Below are positions 9,265 to 19,538 of a DNA stretch of 64,000 bases, one piece after another. How positions within the stretch are numbered: position 1 is the stretch's first letter; the number at the start of each line of letters is the position of its first letter. Origin of the DNA: Candidatus Latescibacterota bacterium (GTDB taxonomy: Bacteria > Latescibacterota > UBA2968 > UBA8231); the NCBI GenBank assembly GCA_965204725.1, contig OZ242005.1, positions 1,664,001 to 1,728,000 on the forward strand, written 5' to 3'. The translations under genes and the position numbers were made by a program. A model generated the notes under the pieces. The model did no database searches. It was not told the DNA's origin and worked only from the letters and a program-made list of their open reading frames with translations.

Positions 9265-10245
9265 ATGAGGTTTATAGGACTGATCGCCGCTGTCATTTGG
9301 CTAGCAACTCCGGCGGGCGGCCAAGCCATCGTCGAGGCGGTCCAGCGCGGAGACTCCCTGTTGACGCAAGGCCAGCCTAAACAGGCCCTAGCCGAATACG
9401 AAAAGGCCCGCGAACTGGGCGCGGGCGGTGCGGTGTTTCTCAATCGCTTGGCCAGCCTCTACATGCAGACCGGCGGCTATAAGCAGGCGGTCGAAGCGCT
9501 GCAAACCTCGCTCGTGCCGGTCTATTCGGCGTTGGGGGAGGCCTTTTTGGCCATGGGCCAGCTCGATTCGTCTATTTTTTACGTCGAACAAGCGAGTATT
9601 TTGGCCCCGTCCGCAACCAAAATCCACAGCACCCTCGGTTATCTCTACATGCAGGCCGGACAGAGCGAAAGGGCGCGCCAACGCCTCGACCGGGCTTTGG
9701 CTCTGGACGCCCAAAACTCGGAAGCCTATCGCCTATATGGGTATTACCACGCGCAAAAGGACTCGATAAATCGAGCTATTGAATCCTATCAAAAGTTGGC
9801 GGAGTTATCGCCGGAAAACGTCGAAGCCTACAACAACATCGCGTTCCTCCTCGTCGGAGCCGAGCGCTATCCCGAAGCACTCGACTATTACAACCGAGCT
9901 AAAGATCAGACGCAAGACCCGTACCTAGCCGAGGCGATCGCGGCCAAGATCGAAGAGGTACAGGCGATCTTAGCCGGCGAGATGCGGGCGCGCTACATAT
10001 TGGTTGAAACCGAAGCGTCGGCCCTTGAGGTTCTCGAAAAAATGGCGCAAGGAGCCGATTTTTCCCAGCTAGCGCAGCAGCGTTCCATCGCGCCCAACGC
10101 CCGTCAAGGGGGGGATTTGGGCTTTTTTGGCCCGGGTGAACTCATGCCCGAAATTGAGGAAGTCGTGGTAAAACTGAAGGTTGGGGAGCTGAGCCCCGTC
10201 GTGGAAATACCTCTGGGGTACATCGTGGTACAGCGATTGAACTAA
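9265..10245 (+). CDS. Exported TPR protein with C-terminal PpiC/parvulin PPIase domain
   Basis: Signal peptide, TPR repeats, F-LA-S...GGDLGFF...MPE. Confidence 0.85.
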   Translation: MRFIGLIAAVIWLATPAGGQAIVEAVQRGDSLLTQGQPKQALAEYEKARELGAGGAVFLNRLASLYMQTGGYKQAVEALQTSLVPVYSALGEAFLAMGQLDSSIFYVEQASILAPSATKIHSTLGYLYMQAGQSERARQRLDRALALDAQNSEAYRLYGYYHAQKDSINRAIESYQKLAELSPENVEAYNNIAFLLVGAERYPEALDYYNRAKDQTQDPYLAEAIAAKIEEVQAILAGEMRARYILVETEASALEVLEKMAQGADFSQLAQQRSIAPNARQGGDLGFFGPGELMPEIEEVVVKLKVGELSPVVEIPLGYIVVQRLN

Positions 10246-10278
10246 AGCCCCTGAGTCTCTCCAACAGAGCGAGTTGGC

Positions 10279-11646
10279 ATGCCCCATTCCTATAATACTT
10301 GGTTCCAGTGCCTCAACTGCGACGACGAGTGCTATCCGCTCAACGAAATAGTCTATGACTGTCAAAAGTGTGGGGGACTGCTCGAAGTACGCCACGATAT
10401 GGAAGCCTTACAGCGGCGCTCGGGCGGCGAGTGGCGGACGCTTTTTGATCAGCGCTACATGAGTTCAGTGCATCCCTATGGGAGTTCGGTGTGGGGCAAG
10501 AAAGAGATCGTCTGCCCCCTCGTCGAAGACGAGAACGTGGTCTCCATGTACGAGGGGGGGAGCAACTTGCTCTGGGCCGAACGCTTGGGCGCCGAACTGG
10601 GCATGGAGGATTTGTGGATAAAGCAGTGCGGCAACAGCCACACGGGTTCGTTTAAGGACTTGGGCATGACGGTCTTGGTTTCCATGGTCAATCAGATGAT
10701 TGCCGAGGGCCAGCATATCCCCGCGGTAGCCTGCGCCTCAACGGGAGACACCTCGGCCGCGTTGGCCGCGTATTGCGCGGCGGCCGGCATCCCGGCGATC
10801 GTCTTATTGCCCAAAGACATGATCTCCACCGCCCAGCTCATCCAGCCCATAGCCAACGGCGCGCTGACGCTCGCCTTGCGCACTGATTTCGATGGGTGCA
10901 TGGCTTTGGTGCAGGAAATCTGCCGCCGCGACCAAATTTATCTGGCCAACTCGATGAACTCGCTCCGCATTGAAGGGCAGAAGACCATAGCCATTGAGCT
11001 GTTGCAGCAGTTTCACTGGGAGGTCCCCGATTGGGTCATTATTCCGGGCGGCAACTTGGGCAATGTCAGTGCCTTGGGGAAGGGGTTTATCGAGGCTCAG
11101 AAAATGGGGCTTATAGACAAGCTGCCGCGCATTGCCGTCGCCCAAGCAGCCCAGGCCAATCCGCTCTATCTCAGCTATCTCGACCGGTTCCGCACCTTTG
11201 AGCCGCAAACGGCCGGCGACACGTTGGCCAGCGCCATAAAGATCGGCAACCCCGTGAGCAGGGAGCGGGCCATTCGCACCTTGCAGCGCTTCGACGGCAT
11301 CGTCGAAATGGCCACAGAAGACGAACTGGCCAACGCCTGTGCAAGGGCCGACCGCAATGGCTTGTTCACCTGTCCCCACACGGGCGTTGCCTTAGCCGCC
11401 CTAGACAAAATGATCGCGGCCGGGCACATCGCGCCCCACAGCCGCGTGATCGTAATATCCACAGCGCACGGGCTGAAGTTTCCAGATTTCAAAGTGAAAT
11501 ACCACGAAGACCAGTTGCGGGCGTTCCACGTCGAGCCGAGGTATCGCAATATGCCCGTTGAACTCGAAGCCGAATACGAAGCCGTGCATCGGGCCGTCCT
11601 CGAGGCCGTAGCGCAGCACCCGCCCCTGAGAAAGCCAAGCCAATGA
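10279..11646 (+). CDS. thrC: Threonine synthase (plant-like clade)
   Basis: [11 protein letters not shown] (PLP lysine), [25 protein letters not shown]. Confidence 0.95.
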   Translation: MPHSYNTWFQCLNCDDECYPLNEIVYDCQKCGGLLEVRHDMEALQRRSGGEWRTLFDQRYMSSVHPYGSSVWGKKEIVCPLVEDENVVSMYEGGSNLLWAERLGAELGMEDLWIKQCGNSHTGSFKDLGMTVLVSMVNQMIAEGQHIPAVACASTGDTSAALAAYCAAAGIPAIVLLPKDMISTAQLIQPIANGALTLALRTDFDGCMALVQEICRRDQIYLANSMNSLRIEGQKTIAIELLQQFHWEVPDWVIIPGGNLGNVSALGKGFIEAQKMGLIDKLPRIAVAQAAQANPLYLSYLDRFRTFEPQTAGDTLASAIKIGNPVSRERAIRTLQRFDGIVEMATEDELANACARADRNGLFTCPHTGVALAALDKMIAAGHIAPHSRVIVISTAHGLKFPDFKVKYHEDQLRAFHVEPRYRNMPVELEAEYEAVHRAVLEAVAQHPPLRKPSQ

Positions 11647-12830
11647 ACCGCCCCGACGATGGTTTTGTAGGAGAGTCCACTCGTTCTGTCCACGAGGGCG
11701 TGGAACGAGATAAGTTTGCCCAGTCGCTCATCGACCCCATTGCCCAGACGGCCACCTATACTTTTGCCGATCTAGATGAATTTGCCGCCTTTAAGGCCGG
11801 CGAGAAGGCCCTCTACGAATACGGGCGCTATGGCAATCCGACCCAGCGGGCCGCCGAGCGCAGAATCGCCGCCTTAGAAAATGCCGCCGCCGCTTTGCTC
11901 TTTTCCTCGGGCATGAGCGCGATCACCTCGGTGCTCTATGCCATGCTGCGCCAAGGGCAACACGTGGTGCTCATGGAAGATTGCTATCGCATGACGGCCA
12001 AGTTCTGCGAAGTCTTGGCCAAATTCGGCATTGAATCCACCCTCGTTAAACCCGGCGACATGGCGGCACTGGCGGCGGCTGTGCGCCCGGAGACCCGCTT
12101 GATCTTTACGGAGTCGCCGACCAATCCCCACCTGCATGTCCTCGACTTGGAGCAGCTCGTCGCCTTTGCCAAACAACGGCGGCTCAAGGTTATCATCGAC
12201 AGCACCTTGGCTACGCCCGTCAATCAAAGGCCGCTCGATTTCGGGGTTGATCTGGTCATCCACAGCGCGACCAAATACCTCGGGGGGCACAACGACCTGA
12301 TGGCGGGGGCTGTCTGTGGCCGGGGTCCTTTAGTCGAGGCCATTGGCGAATACCAGCGAATCACGGGCGCGATCGTCGATCCCAATACCTCGTATTTATT
12401 GATCCGAGGGCTAAAGACGCTCGCATTACGCGTTCAGCGGCAAAACGATACCGCCCTGACTGTGGCCCGGTTCCTAGCCGCCCATCCCAAGATCCGCGCG
12501 GTCTTTTACCCAGGCCTCGAAAGCCACGCGGACCACCGCGTCGCCAAAGAGCAAATGCACGGTTTTGGCGGGCTGGTCAGCTTTGAGGTGGACGGAACCC
12601 TCGAGCAGACGCGGAATTTTATCCATCGTCTAGCCGTGCCTTATATCGCGCCGAGCTTGGGCGGGGTCGAGACGCTGGTCTCGCATCCGGCGACCGTTTC
12701 CTATTACGATTTGAGCCGGAAGGAGCGGCTGGACCTTGGCATCACCGACCAGTTGGTGCGCTATGCCGTAGGCATTGAGGACGCCGCAGAGCTCGTCGGC
12801 GATATAGAGCGGGCGCTTGCGACAGTCTGA
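11643..12830 (+). CDS. metB: Cystathionine gamma-synthase
   Basis: [31 protein letters not shown]. Confidence 0.88.
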   Translation: MNRPDDGFVGESTRSVHEGVERDKFAQSLIDPIAQTATYTFADLDEFAAFKAGEKALYEYGRYGNPTQRAAERRIAALENAAAALLFSSGMSAITSVLYAMLRQGQHVVLMEDCYRMTAKFCEVLAKFGIESTLVKPGDMAALAAAVRPETRLIFTESPTNPHLHVLDLEQLVAFAKQRRLKVIIDSTLATPVNQRPLDFGVDLVIHSATKYLGGHNDLMAGAVCGRGPLVEAIGEYQRITGAIVDPNTSYLLIRGLKTLALRVQRQNDTALTVARFLAAHPKIRAVFYPGLESHADHRVAKEQMHGFGGLVSFEVDGTLEQTRNFIHRLAVPYIAPSLGGVETLVSHPATVSYYDLSRKERLDLGITDQLVRYAVGIEDAAELVGDIERALATV

Positions 12831-12834
12831 GCGG

Positions 12835-13263
12835 TCAGAAGTTCAAGTCGGCCAAGAGCGCGGTCCAGGGCAGGGAAGCGACTCTACGGTACAGGTCGCC
12901 GTCGCTGGTCACGGCTTGGCAGCGGAGCTGGGCCCCCAAGGCAATGAAGCCCGCCGCGTACATGCTGATGGAATGCTCAAAGGCGATTTGCGTGGCTTTG
13001 CGGATAATTTCGGGGTTGTAAGGCACGATATCCAAGTGCATGTACTCCAAGCTGGCCAACGCATCGTCTATATGCGTCCGGTCGAATTGTCGGCTTTCCT
13101 TGAGGACATGGGCTAGCTCGTATATAGATTGGTCGAGCACGGTCAGTTCAACGCGCTCGGCTAACTGTTCTTGGCGAAGTCCAAGAGCCTTGTGGGAGTC
13201 CACATCGTGGGCTGGAGAAAACCACCTCAGCATAACCGAGGTATCGAGCGCGTAGCGAATCAC
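12835..13263 (-). CDS. PIN-domain toxin (VapC family)
   Basis: ALDTSV...YE...YAA...VTSD PIN pattern; GTG start overlaps the antitoxin stop. Confidence 0.85.
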   Translation of the reverse strand: MIRYALDTSVMLRWFSPAHDVDSHKALGLRQEQLAERVELTVLDQSIYELAHVLKESRQFDRTHIDDALASLEYMHLDIVPYNPEIIRKATQIAFEHSISMYAAGFIALGAQLRCQAVTSDGDLYRRVASLPWTALLADLNF

Positions 13264-13517
13264 TGCATTCGCCGTTCCGCGCGCAGAACTTGGAGCGGGT
13301 CCCAAGGCAGGGCCTTTTGGCGCAGGCTGTCTTGGAGCGTCATCCCGTGTTCGATAGCGGCCTGTTTGCGCTGGTACTCGTAGGTTGCTTCCCGTTGTTG
13401 GCAGTACGCCATAAAGGCCAAACGCAGGAGTTTGCTGCGGCTTACGCCCTCCTGCTGTGCAACTTGATCGATGCGTTCGAGCAGATCGTCCGGCAGCATG
13501 ACATTTACGCGCGCCAT
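13260..13517 (-). CDS. Ribbon-helix-helix (CopG-like) antitoxin
   Basis: RVNVMLPDDLLERID...GVSRSKLLR; upstream of the PIN gene. Confidence 0.85.
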   Translation of the reverse strand: MARVNVMLPDDLLERIDQVAQQEGVSRSKLLRLAFMAYCQQREATYEYQRKQAAIEHGMTLQDSLRQKALPWDPLQVLRAERRMQ

Positions 13518-13565
13518 AAACTCCTTTCCTCTTTCCTTTCGCCTGATAAGCGGCGCAAAATGGCC

Positions 13566-13594
13566 AAGTTAGTTTTGCGGCAACGGGCTGTCAA
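13566..13594 (-). promoter_or_regulatory. Sigma70-type promoter of the TA operon
   Basis: TTGACA-N17-TAACTT on the minus strand. Confidence 0.6.
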
Positions 13595-13651
13595 GGCGGC
13601 CCTCTTGCCTTTGTTTGGGGCGGTCTTTACTGTTACAACTGGGATTAGAGC

Positions 13652-14602
13652 ATGAAAAATCACCTGAAAATATTGTCGGGTTCGAGCAATCGAGAACTGG
13701 CCCAAGAAATATGCGATTACTTGGCGGTTCCTCCGGCTCGCCGCCAGATCGTCCGCGCGCCAAACGACAACATAAAGGTTAAAATTGAGGAGAACGTGCG
13801 CGAAGACGACGTCTTCGTCCTCCAGACCTCCGCCCCTCCGGTCAACCACCACTTCGTTGAACTGCTGTTGCTCATCGACGCGCTCAAGTACGCGTCGTCG
13901 CGCCGAATTACGGCCGTGCTGCCGTACTATCCCTACGTGCGCTCCGACAAAAAGGACGAACCGCGCATTTCGATTAGTGCCCGCCTCGTGGCCGACTTGC
14001 TCCAAGCGGCCGGGGCCGACCGCATTTTGACCCTCGCCTTGCACAGCCCGCAAATCGTGGCGTTCTCGCGCATTCCGGTCGACCAATTGTGGGCTACGAG
14101 CCTGCTGTGCAATTTTATGCGGCAGAAAGACCTCAGCAACGCCGTGGTGGTGTCGCCCGATGTGGGGAGCGCCGATGAAGCGAGCGCATACGCGCGTCGG
14201 CTCGGCTTGCCCATGGCCATTATGGACAAACGCCGCCACGCGGACGACGAAAAGGCCAACATCAAAAACATGATCGGCGAGGTCGCGGGCCGAGACGCCC
14301 TGCTCTTCGACGACGAAGTGCTGACGGGGGGGTCCATGATGGAGTCCATCCGGGTTCTCAAGGAAAGGGGTGCTCGCCGCATCCTGGCCGGCTGTACGCA
14401 CGGCGTTTTTTCGGGCCGTGCGCTAGAGCGGATTGATGCCTCTTCGGTGGAAGCATTCGCCACCACCAATACCATTCCCTTGCCGGCGGGTAAGCCGCGG
14501 CGCAAAATTGCCGTATTGAGCGTCGCCCGGTTGTTGGGGGATGCGATCAAAGCCATTCACCGCGGCGAATCCGTGAGCCGCTTAATTGAGTGGGAGGGCT
14601 AG
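13652..14602 (+). CDS. prs: Ribose-phosphate pyrophosphokinase
   Basis: ENVREDDVF, PYYPYVRSDKK, VSPDVG, DKRR loop, DDEVLTGGS. Confidence 0.93.
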   Translation: MKNHLKILSGSSNRELAQEICDYLAVPPARRQIVRAPNDNIKVKIEENVREDDVFVLQTSAPPVNHHFVELLLLIDALKYASSRRITAVLPYYPYVRSDKKDEPRISISARLVADLLQAAGADRILTLALHSPQIVAFSRIPVDQLWATSLLCNFMRQKDLSNAVVVSPDVGSADEASAYARRLGLPMAIMDKRRHADDEKANIKNMIGEVAGRDALLFDDEVLTGGSMMESIRVLKERGARRILAGCTHGVFSGRALERIDASSVEAFATTNTIPLPAGKPRRKIAVLSVARLLGDAIKAIHRGESVSRLIEWEG

Positions 14603-14605
14603 ACC

Positions 14606-14767
14606 ATGCCAAGTAAGCTGAGTATTTTCTCTGAGTTATGGGATTTTATGAAGGTCCGCAAAAAGTGGTGGTTGGGGCCGATATTCGCCGTTTTGGTGTT
14701 GCTCGGGTTGTTAATTGTCACAACCCAAGGGTCGGCGGTGGCACCCTTCATTTACACGCTGTTTTAG
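14606..14767 (+). CDS. DUF5989-like small membrane protein
   Basis: MPSKLSIFSELWDFMKVRKKWWLGP...QGSAVAPFIYTLF; GGAGG upstream; not in the ORF track. Confidence 0.85.
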   Translation: MPSKLSIFSELWDFMKVRKKWWLGPIFAVLVLLGLLIVTTQGSAVAPFIYTLF

Positions 14768-14791
14768 TGCTCATAAAATTTTTTATGTAAA

Positions 14792-15304
14792 ATGAACCTC
14801 AAAGAACTCATCCACGAAATCCCCAACTTCCCGCAAGACGGCGTCTCGTACAAAGACATCACGCCGCTGCTCAAAGACCCTGCTGGTTTCTCGGCCGCCG
14901 TCCAAACCATGCTGGCCCCCTTTGCGGACGCCCCCATTGACCTAGTCGTAGGCATAGAGGCCCGCGGCTTTGTATTCGCAACCCCGATCGCACTCGAATT
15001 GGGATGTGGTTTTGTGCCAGCGCGCAAACCGGGGAAGCTACCGGCGGCCACCTTGCGCCGCGAGTACTCGCTCGAATACGGCGAGACGGCCGTAGAAATC
15101 CACACCGATGCCATGGCACCCGGACAAAAGATATTGGTCGTGGATGACGTTTTGGCCACCGGCGGGACCTTGGCGGCGACCTGTCAAGTGCTCGAAACAC
15201 TAGGGGCGGTTGTCGCGGGCATCAGCGTCTTGGCCGAGCTGCGCTTTCTAGCCGGCCGCGACCGCTTGCCCGGATATCAGTTAGAAACCGCTATCGTCTA
15301 TTAA
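14792..15304 (+). CDS. apt: Adenine phosphoribosyltransferase
   Basis: GIEARGF, RKPGKLP, YSLEYG, VDDVLATGGT. Confidence 0.96.
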   Translation: MNLKELIHEIPNFPQDGVSYKDITPLLKDPAGFSAAVQTMLAPFADAPIDLVVGIEARGFVFATPIALELGCGFVPARKPGKLPAATLRREYSLEYGETAVEIHTDAMAPGQKILVVDDVLATGGTLAATCQVLETLGAVVAGISVLAELRFLAGRDRLPGYQLETAIVY

Positions 15305-15339
15305 CCCAAAACCCAAAACGATGGAGCCATCATACCTTC

Positions 15340-16008
15340 ATGTCGAGTGAGCACCGTAAACTGAGCAAGAGCGAACTCCGCGAAGACGAGTTTGTCGAAT
15401 GGATCATGCAGGCGGTCGAGTACGTCAAGGAGCGCGCCCGCCTCTTTGTCGGGGGGGCCGTCGCCGTGATCGCGGTCATTATGGCCATCCATTATTCCAT
15501 CGAGTCCAAAGAGGCCAATCGGCTCAAAGCCGCGGCCCTGCTCGGGGATGTGCTGATGGTCGAGCAGGGCGGAGAGCCGACCGAAGCCATCCGCTTGGCC
15601 GAAGAGTTGGCGTCCTCCTATGCTGGGACGCCGGCCGCCGCCCAAGGGATCGTGCTTTTGGCCCATCTCCACTATGCACAGGGCCGCTATGCCGAGGCTC
15701 GGACCTACTATCAGCGCTACTTGGACAACTACGAGCCGTTGGATGTCTTGGCCTATGCAGCCCAAAGCGGTCTGGGGGCCTGTCTCGAAGCCGAAGGGCA
15801 GTTCTTGGCTGCGGCCGAGCACTACGAAGCACTTGCGGCTCAACAGGCCGGGACGATCCACGAAGCTATGGCGCGGATGGAAGCCGCCCGCATCTATGGG
15901 TTGGCTGGCGAGCGCGACAAGCAACAGGCCCTACTCGAACAGGTCAGTCGCACGTTCCCCCAGTACCCCATTGCCGCTCAAGCCCGCGCGGCCCTAGCCC
16001 TGTTCTAA
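15340..16008 (+). CDS. Membrane-anchored TPR protein (YfgM-like)
   Basis: KSELREDEFV N-terminus, one TM, TPR helices. Confidence 0.75.
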   Translation: MSSEHRKLSKSELREDEFVEWIMQAVEYVKERARLFVGGAVAVIAVIMAIHYSIESKEANRLKAAALLGDVLMVEQGGEPTEAIRLAEELASSYAGTPAAAQGIVLLAHLHYAQGRYAEARTYYQRYLDNYEPLDVLAYAAQSGLGACLEAEGQFLAAAEHYEALAAQQAGTIHEAMARMEAARIYGLAGERDKQQALLEQVSRTFPQYPIAAQARAALALF

Positions 16009-16025
16009 GGGAAGGGGCCTGATTG

Positions 16026-16949
16026 ATGGGGAGTACTGATCTCAAGGTTTTCGCCGGGCGGAGCAATCCCGCACTCGCGGAGGGCATTTACCAGTCGCTG
16101 GCCATTGAGCCGGGGGGCATTGAGTTCATTGACTTTAGCAATGAAAACATCAAGGTAAAGATCTGTGAAAACGTGCGCGGTCGCGATGTGTTCTTTATTC
16201 AGACGTCGTGTCCGCCCGTTAGCTCCTACTTGATGGAGCTGCTCATCGCCCTCGACGCCCTAAAATACGCCTCGGCGGGCCGCATCACCGCCGTCTTGCC
16301 GTACTACCCTTACGCGCTGGCCGACAGCAAGGACGAGCCGAGGATTTCCGTGGCCGGTCGCTTGGTGGCCGACCTGATCGCCGAAGCCGGGGCCGACCGC
16401 ATTCTCACCATGACCTTACACAGCCCGCAGACGATGGGTTTTAGCCGGATTCTAGTGGACCAACTGAGCGGCGTCCCAGCGATATGCGATTATTACGCCG
16501 ACCTCGGTCGCGCTGGCTTAGTTGCGGCGGCGCCGGACATCAGCCGCGCCAAGGTCACCGAGATATACGCCCAGCGCTTGGGGTTGCCCCTCGTCGTCGT
16601 GGATCAGGGCGCCGGGGAAAACAGGGTCATTGGCGACGTAGCCGATCGCGACGTCGTATTCTTCGACGACGCGATCATTACCGGCACCTCCATCCTCAAG
16701 GGGGCCGCAGCCGTCAAGGAGCGCGGGGCGCGCAAAATCTACGCGGGTTGCGTCCACGGGACTCTAACCCAGCAGGCGATAGCCCGACTGGAGCAATCGA
16801 GCCTCCAAGCCCTCGCCATCACCGATACGATCCCCTTGCCAGCAGACGCCGGTGCCCCCCTGATCGAGGTCTGCTCTGTGGCTCCTCTTTTTGCCAGCGC
16901 CATCCGCGCTATCCACGAAGAAACGTCCATCAGCGCGTTATTCAACTGA
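16026..16949 (+). CDS. Second, divergent PRPP synthetase homolog
   Basis: ENVRGRDVF, RITAVLPYYPY, FDD-IITG; catalytic DKRR loop absent. Confidence 0.85.
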   Translation: MGSTDLKVFAGRSNPALAEGIYQSLAIEPGGIEFIDFSNENIKVKICENVRGRDVFFIQTSCPPVSSYLMELLIALDALKYASAGRITAVLPYYPYALADSKDEPRISVAGRLVADLIAEAGADRILTMTLHSPQTMGFSRILVDQLSGVPAICDYYADLGRAGLVAAAPDISRAKVTEIYAQRLGLPLVVVDQGAGENRVIGDVADRDVVFFDDAIITGTSILKGAAAVKERGARKIYAGCVHGTLTQQAIARLEQSSLQALAITDTIPLPADAGAPLIEVCSVAPLFASAIRAIHEETSISALFN

Positions 16950-16960
16950 GGCGGCCCCCC

Positions 16961-17683
16961 TTGAAGATCGCAGTGCTCGCCGATATTCACGCCAATCTCG
17001 AAGCGTTGGAGGCTGTATTGATTGCTGCGGCCAACGCCGGGGCCGAGCGCATCGTCTGTCTCGGGGACATCGTGGGGTACGGCCCCGATCCGTTGGGTTG
17101 TATCTATCGGCTCAAGGAAGTAGAGGCGCAGATCGTCTTGGGCAACCACGACCAAGCCGTGCTGGAGCCGAGGCGCATCCAGTCCTTTAACGCACTGGCC
17201 CGTCCCTCGCTGTACCAAGCCTACGAGGTGCTGGGGTCGGAAGAACGCGGCTTTTTGCGGCAAGGAGTCTTTCGGCGCGTGGAACGCAATGCGGGGCTGT
17301 CCCACGCCAACCCCCTCAAGCCCGAAGAGTGGGAGCCCCTCCTCCTGTACGATCGCGTCGCTTGGTGTATGCGCCACCTCAAGTGGCCCTTGGCTTTTGT
17401 CGGCCATACCCACGAAGCGCGCATCTATTGCAAGATGCGCGACGAGCCCGTTCCGCTGACCTCGGCCACAGCCGCGATAGGGGAGCACCAATACTTGGTT
17501 GCGGTCGGCAGCGTCGGCCAGCCCCGCGACGGAGACTGGCGGTCGGCCTATACCCTGTGGGATGTCGATGAACAATGGGTCGAGCTCCAGCGCGTCGAAT
17601 ACCCGGTCAAGCGAACCCAAGAGAAGATCAACAACCTCGGCTACCCCCACTACTTGGCCGAGCGCTTGGCCAAAGGGGAGTAG
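16961..17683 (+). CDS. Metallophosphoesterase
   Basis: DIHAN, GDIVGYG, GNHD, GHTH, GSVGQPRDGD. Confidence 0.92.
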   Translation: MKIAVLADIHANLEALEAVLIAAANAGAERIVCLGDIVGYGPDPLGCIYRLKEVEAQIVLGNHDQAVLEPRRIQSFNALARPSLYQAYEVLGSEERGFLRQGVFRRVERNAGLSHANPLKPEEWEPLLLYDRVAWCMRHLKWPLAFVGHTHEARIYCKMRDEPVPLTSATAAIGEHQYLVAVGSVGQPRDGDWRSAYTLWDVDEQWVELQRVEYPVKRTQEKINNLGYPHYLAERLAKGE

Positions 17684-17698
17684 GCAAGGCCGGTTGGC

Positions 17699-18604
17699 AT
17701 GCGAGGCCGCATCAAGAGAGTCTCTGGGTTGCAGTGCCTCGTGGAGGTGGAGCAAAGCGACTGGCAATGCAAAATTAGGGGCCGGCTCAAGGCTGGATGC
17801 CGCAAGACCAACTCCCCGGTCGTCGCCGGCGACTGGGTCGAGATTGTGCCTACGGCCGAGCGGACGGGCGTCATCGAAGCGGTGCATCCCCGCAAGTCCA
17901 AGTTCTCGCGTGGGACCCGGGGGACGCGCCCGTTTGAGCAGATCCTCTTCGTCAATATGGAGCAATTGGTCGTCGTCGTGGCCGCTTGCCAACCGAGGCC
18001 GCGTCGAGGCTTTATCGACCGAGCGATTGTCATGGCCATCCAAGGGAATCTCCAGCCCGTGGTTTGCATCAACAAAATCGATTTAGTCGCCAAAGAAGCC
18101 GTGGCCGCCCTGACCGCGCCCTACGAGGCTCTTGGCTATCCAGTCTATCGCACCAGTGCGGTAGAGGGCGATGGAATGGGCGAGTTCAAAAAGGCCCTTC
18201 GCAATCGCAGCACGGCCGTGGTTGGCCCCTCTGGGGTCGGCAAATCGACCTTGCTCAACGGCGTCGAACGGGGGTTGGGCCTAAAGACAAAAGAAATAAT
18301 GAAGCACCGCGATCGCGGCCGGCACACGACCGCGGCCGTGCATTTGTTCAAGCTGCAAGCAGGCGGCTATGTGGCCGATACCCCCGGGGTTGATACGCTC
18401 CGCTTATGGGGGATAAAACCCGCTGAGCTCGCGGCGTATTATCCCGAGCTAGACCCCCTGCGCGGCCAGTGTCAATTCGGCGATTGCAGCCACTTGTGCG
18501 AACCCGGTTGCGCGGTGCGGGCGGCCGTAGCGGCCGGCCGGGTGGCCCCGGCGCGCTACGAAGGATACCGGCGCATTTTCGCCAGCTTGAGCCGCGATGA
18601 GTGA
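17699..18604 (+). CDS. rsgA: Ribosome small subunit-dependent GTPase RsgA
   Basis: NKID, GPSGVGKSTL, GRHTT, DTPG, C-terminal CQF-DC-H-EPGC zinc finger. Confidence 0.95.
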   Translation: MRGRIKRVSGLQCLVEVEQSDWQCKIRGRLKAGCRKTNSPVVAGDWVEIVPTAERTGVIEAVHPRKSKFSRGTRGTRPFEQILFVNMEQLVVVVAACQPRPRRGFIDRAIVMAIQGNLQPVVCINKIDLVAKEAVAALTAPYEALGYPVYRTSAVEGDGMGEFKKALRNRSTAVVGPSGVGKSTLLNGVERGLGLKTKEIMKHRDRGRHTTAAVHLFKLQAGGYVADTPGVDTLRLWGIKPAELAAYYPELDPLRGQCQFGDCSHLCEPGCAVRAAVAAGRVAPARYEGYRRIFASLSRDE

Positions 18605-19538
18605 ACTGACCATCAAAGAGCTGCTAGCCACCTACGGCCAGCAACTCCGCCTCAAGCTCATCGCCGGCGCCAAGGGGCTTGAGCGCACCATCAACAACAG
18701 CGACATCCATCGCCCGGGCTTGGCTCTGACGGGCTTCGTCGAGCTGTTTACCTTGGATCAGGTGCAGTTGTTGGGCAATACCGAAGTCGAGTACCTGCGT
18801 AGCTTACCCCCAGCGCGGCGGCGGCAAGCCCTCAAAATCATCTATCAATTCGACATCCCCTGTGTGGTCTTGACCGGTCGGGGGCGCGTTCACTCCGAGC
18901 TGCGGGTGCTAGCCGACGAGTGTGCGGTCCCGCTGCTCAAGTCCGAATACAGCACGGCTGAGCTGACCCATCTCATCCGCTTTTATCTCGACGAAGTGTT
19001 TGCCCCTCAAGTGTCCGTGCATGGGACGCTGGTTGATGTCTCGGGAGTCGGGCTGCTCTTTCGCGGTCGCAGCGGCATTGGCAAAAGCGAGGTCGCCTTG
19101 GATTTGGTCGAGCGCGGGCACCGATTGGTGGCCGACGATATGGTCATCATCAACCGCAAGCCCCAAGGCATTTTGGTGGGGCGCAGCTCGGATATGCTCC
19201 AAGATCACATTGAAATTCGCGGCATCGGCATCTTAGACGTAAAAAAGATGTTTGGCGCGTGGAGAACTCGGCGGCAGAAGCGGGTGGAGATATTGGTCAA
19301 CCTCGTTGATTGGGACGAAAAATATGCTTATGAACGTCTTGGCCTTGAAGACAACAAGGTGGTAATCCTCGGCGTTGAGGTGCCCGAGGTCTTCATACCG
19401 CTGTTTCCCGGCAAAAATATCACGGTGCTCGCCGAGACCATAGCGATAGATTACCTCTTGCGCTTGGACGGGGAGTACGCGGCCCGGTCGTTTAGCCAGC
19501 GGCTCCAAGAGCGCATTAAGGCGGGCAAAAAACCATGA
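18597..19538 (+). CDS. hprK: HPr kinase/phosphorylase
   Basis: IHRPGLALTG, GRSGIGKSE, GHRLVADD, IEIRGIGI. Confidence 0.95.
   Translation: MSELTIKELLATYGQQLRLKLIAGAKGLERTINNSDIHRPGLALTGFVELFTLDQVQLLGNTEVEYLRSLPPARRRQALKIIYQFDIPCVVLTGRGRVHSELRVLADECAVPLLKSEYSTAELTHLIRFYLDEVFAPQVSVHGTLVDVSGVGLLFRGRSGIGKSEVALDLVERGHRLVADDMVIINRKPQGILVGRSSDMLQDHIEIRGIGILDVKKMFGAWRTRRQKRVEILVNLVDWDEKYAYERLGLEDNKVVILGVEVPEVFIPLFPGKNITVLAETIAIDYLLRLDGEYAARSFSQRLQERIKAGKKP

Noticed and set aside
16739-18043. Long antisense or alternative-frame ORFs (also 20407..21516, 35008..35967, 46133..47338)
   Set aside because: Shadows of well-supported genes in GC-rich DNA; no motifs
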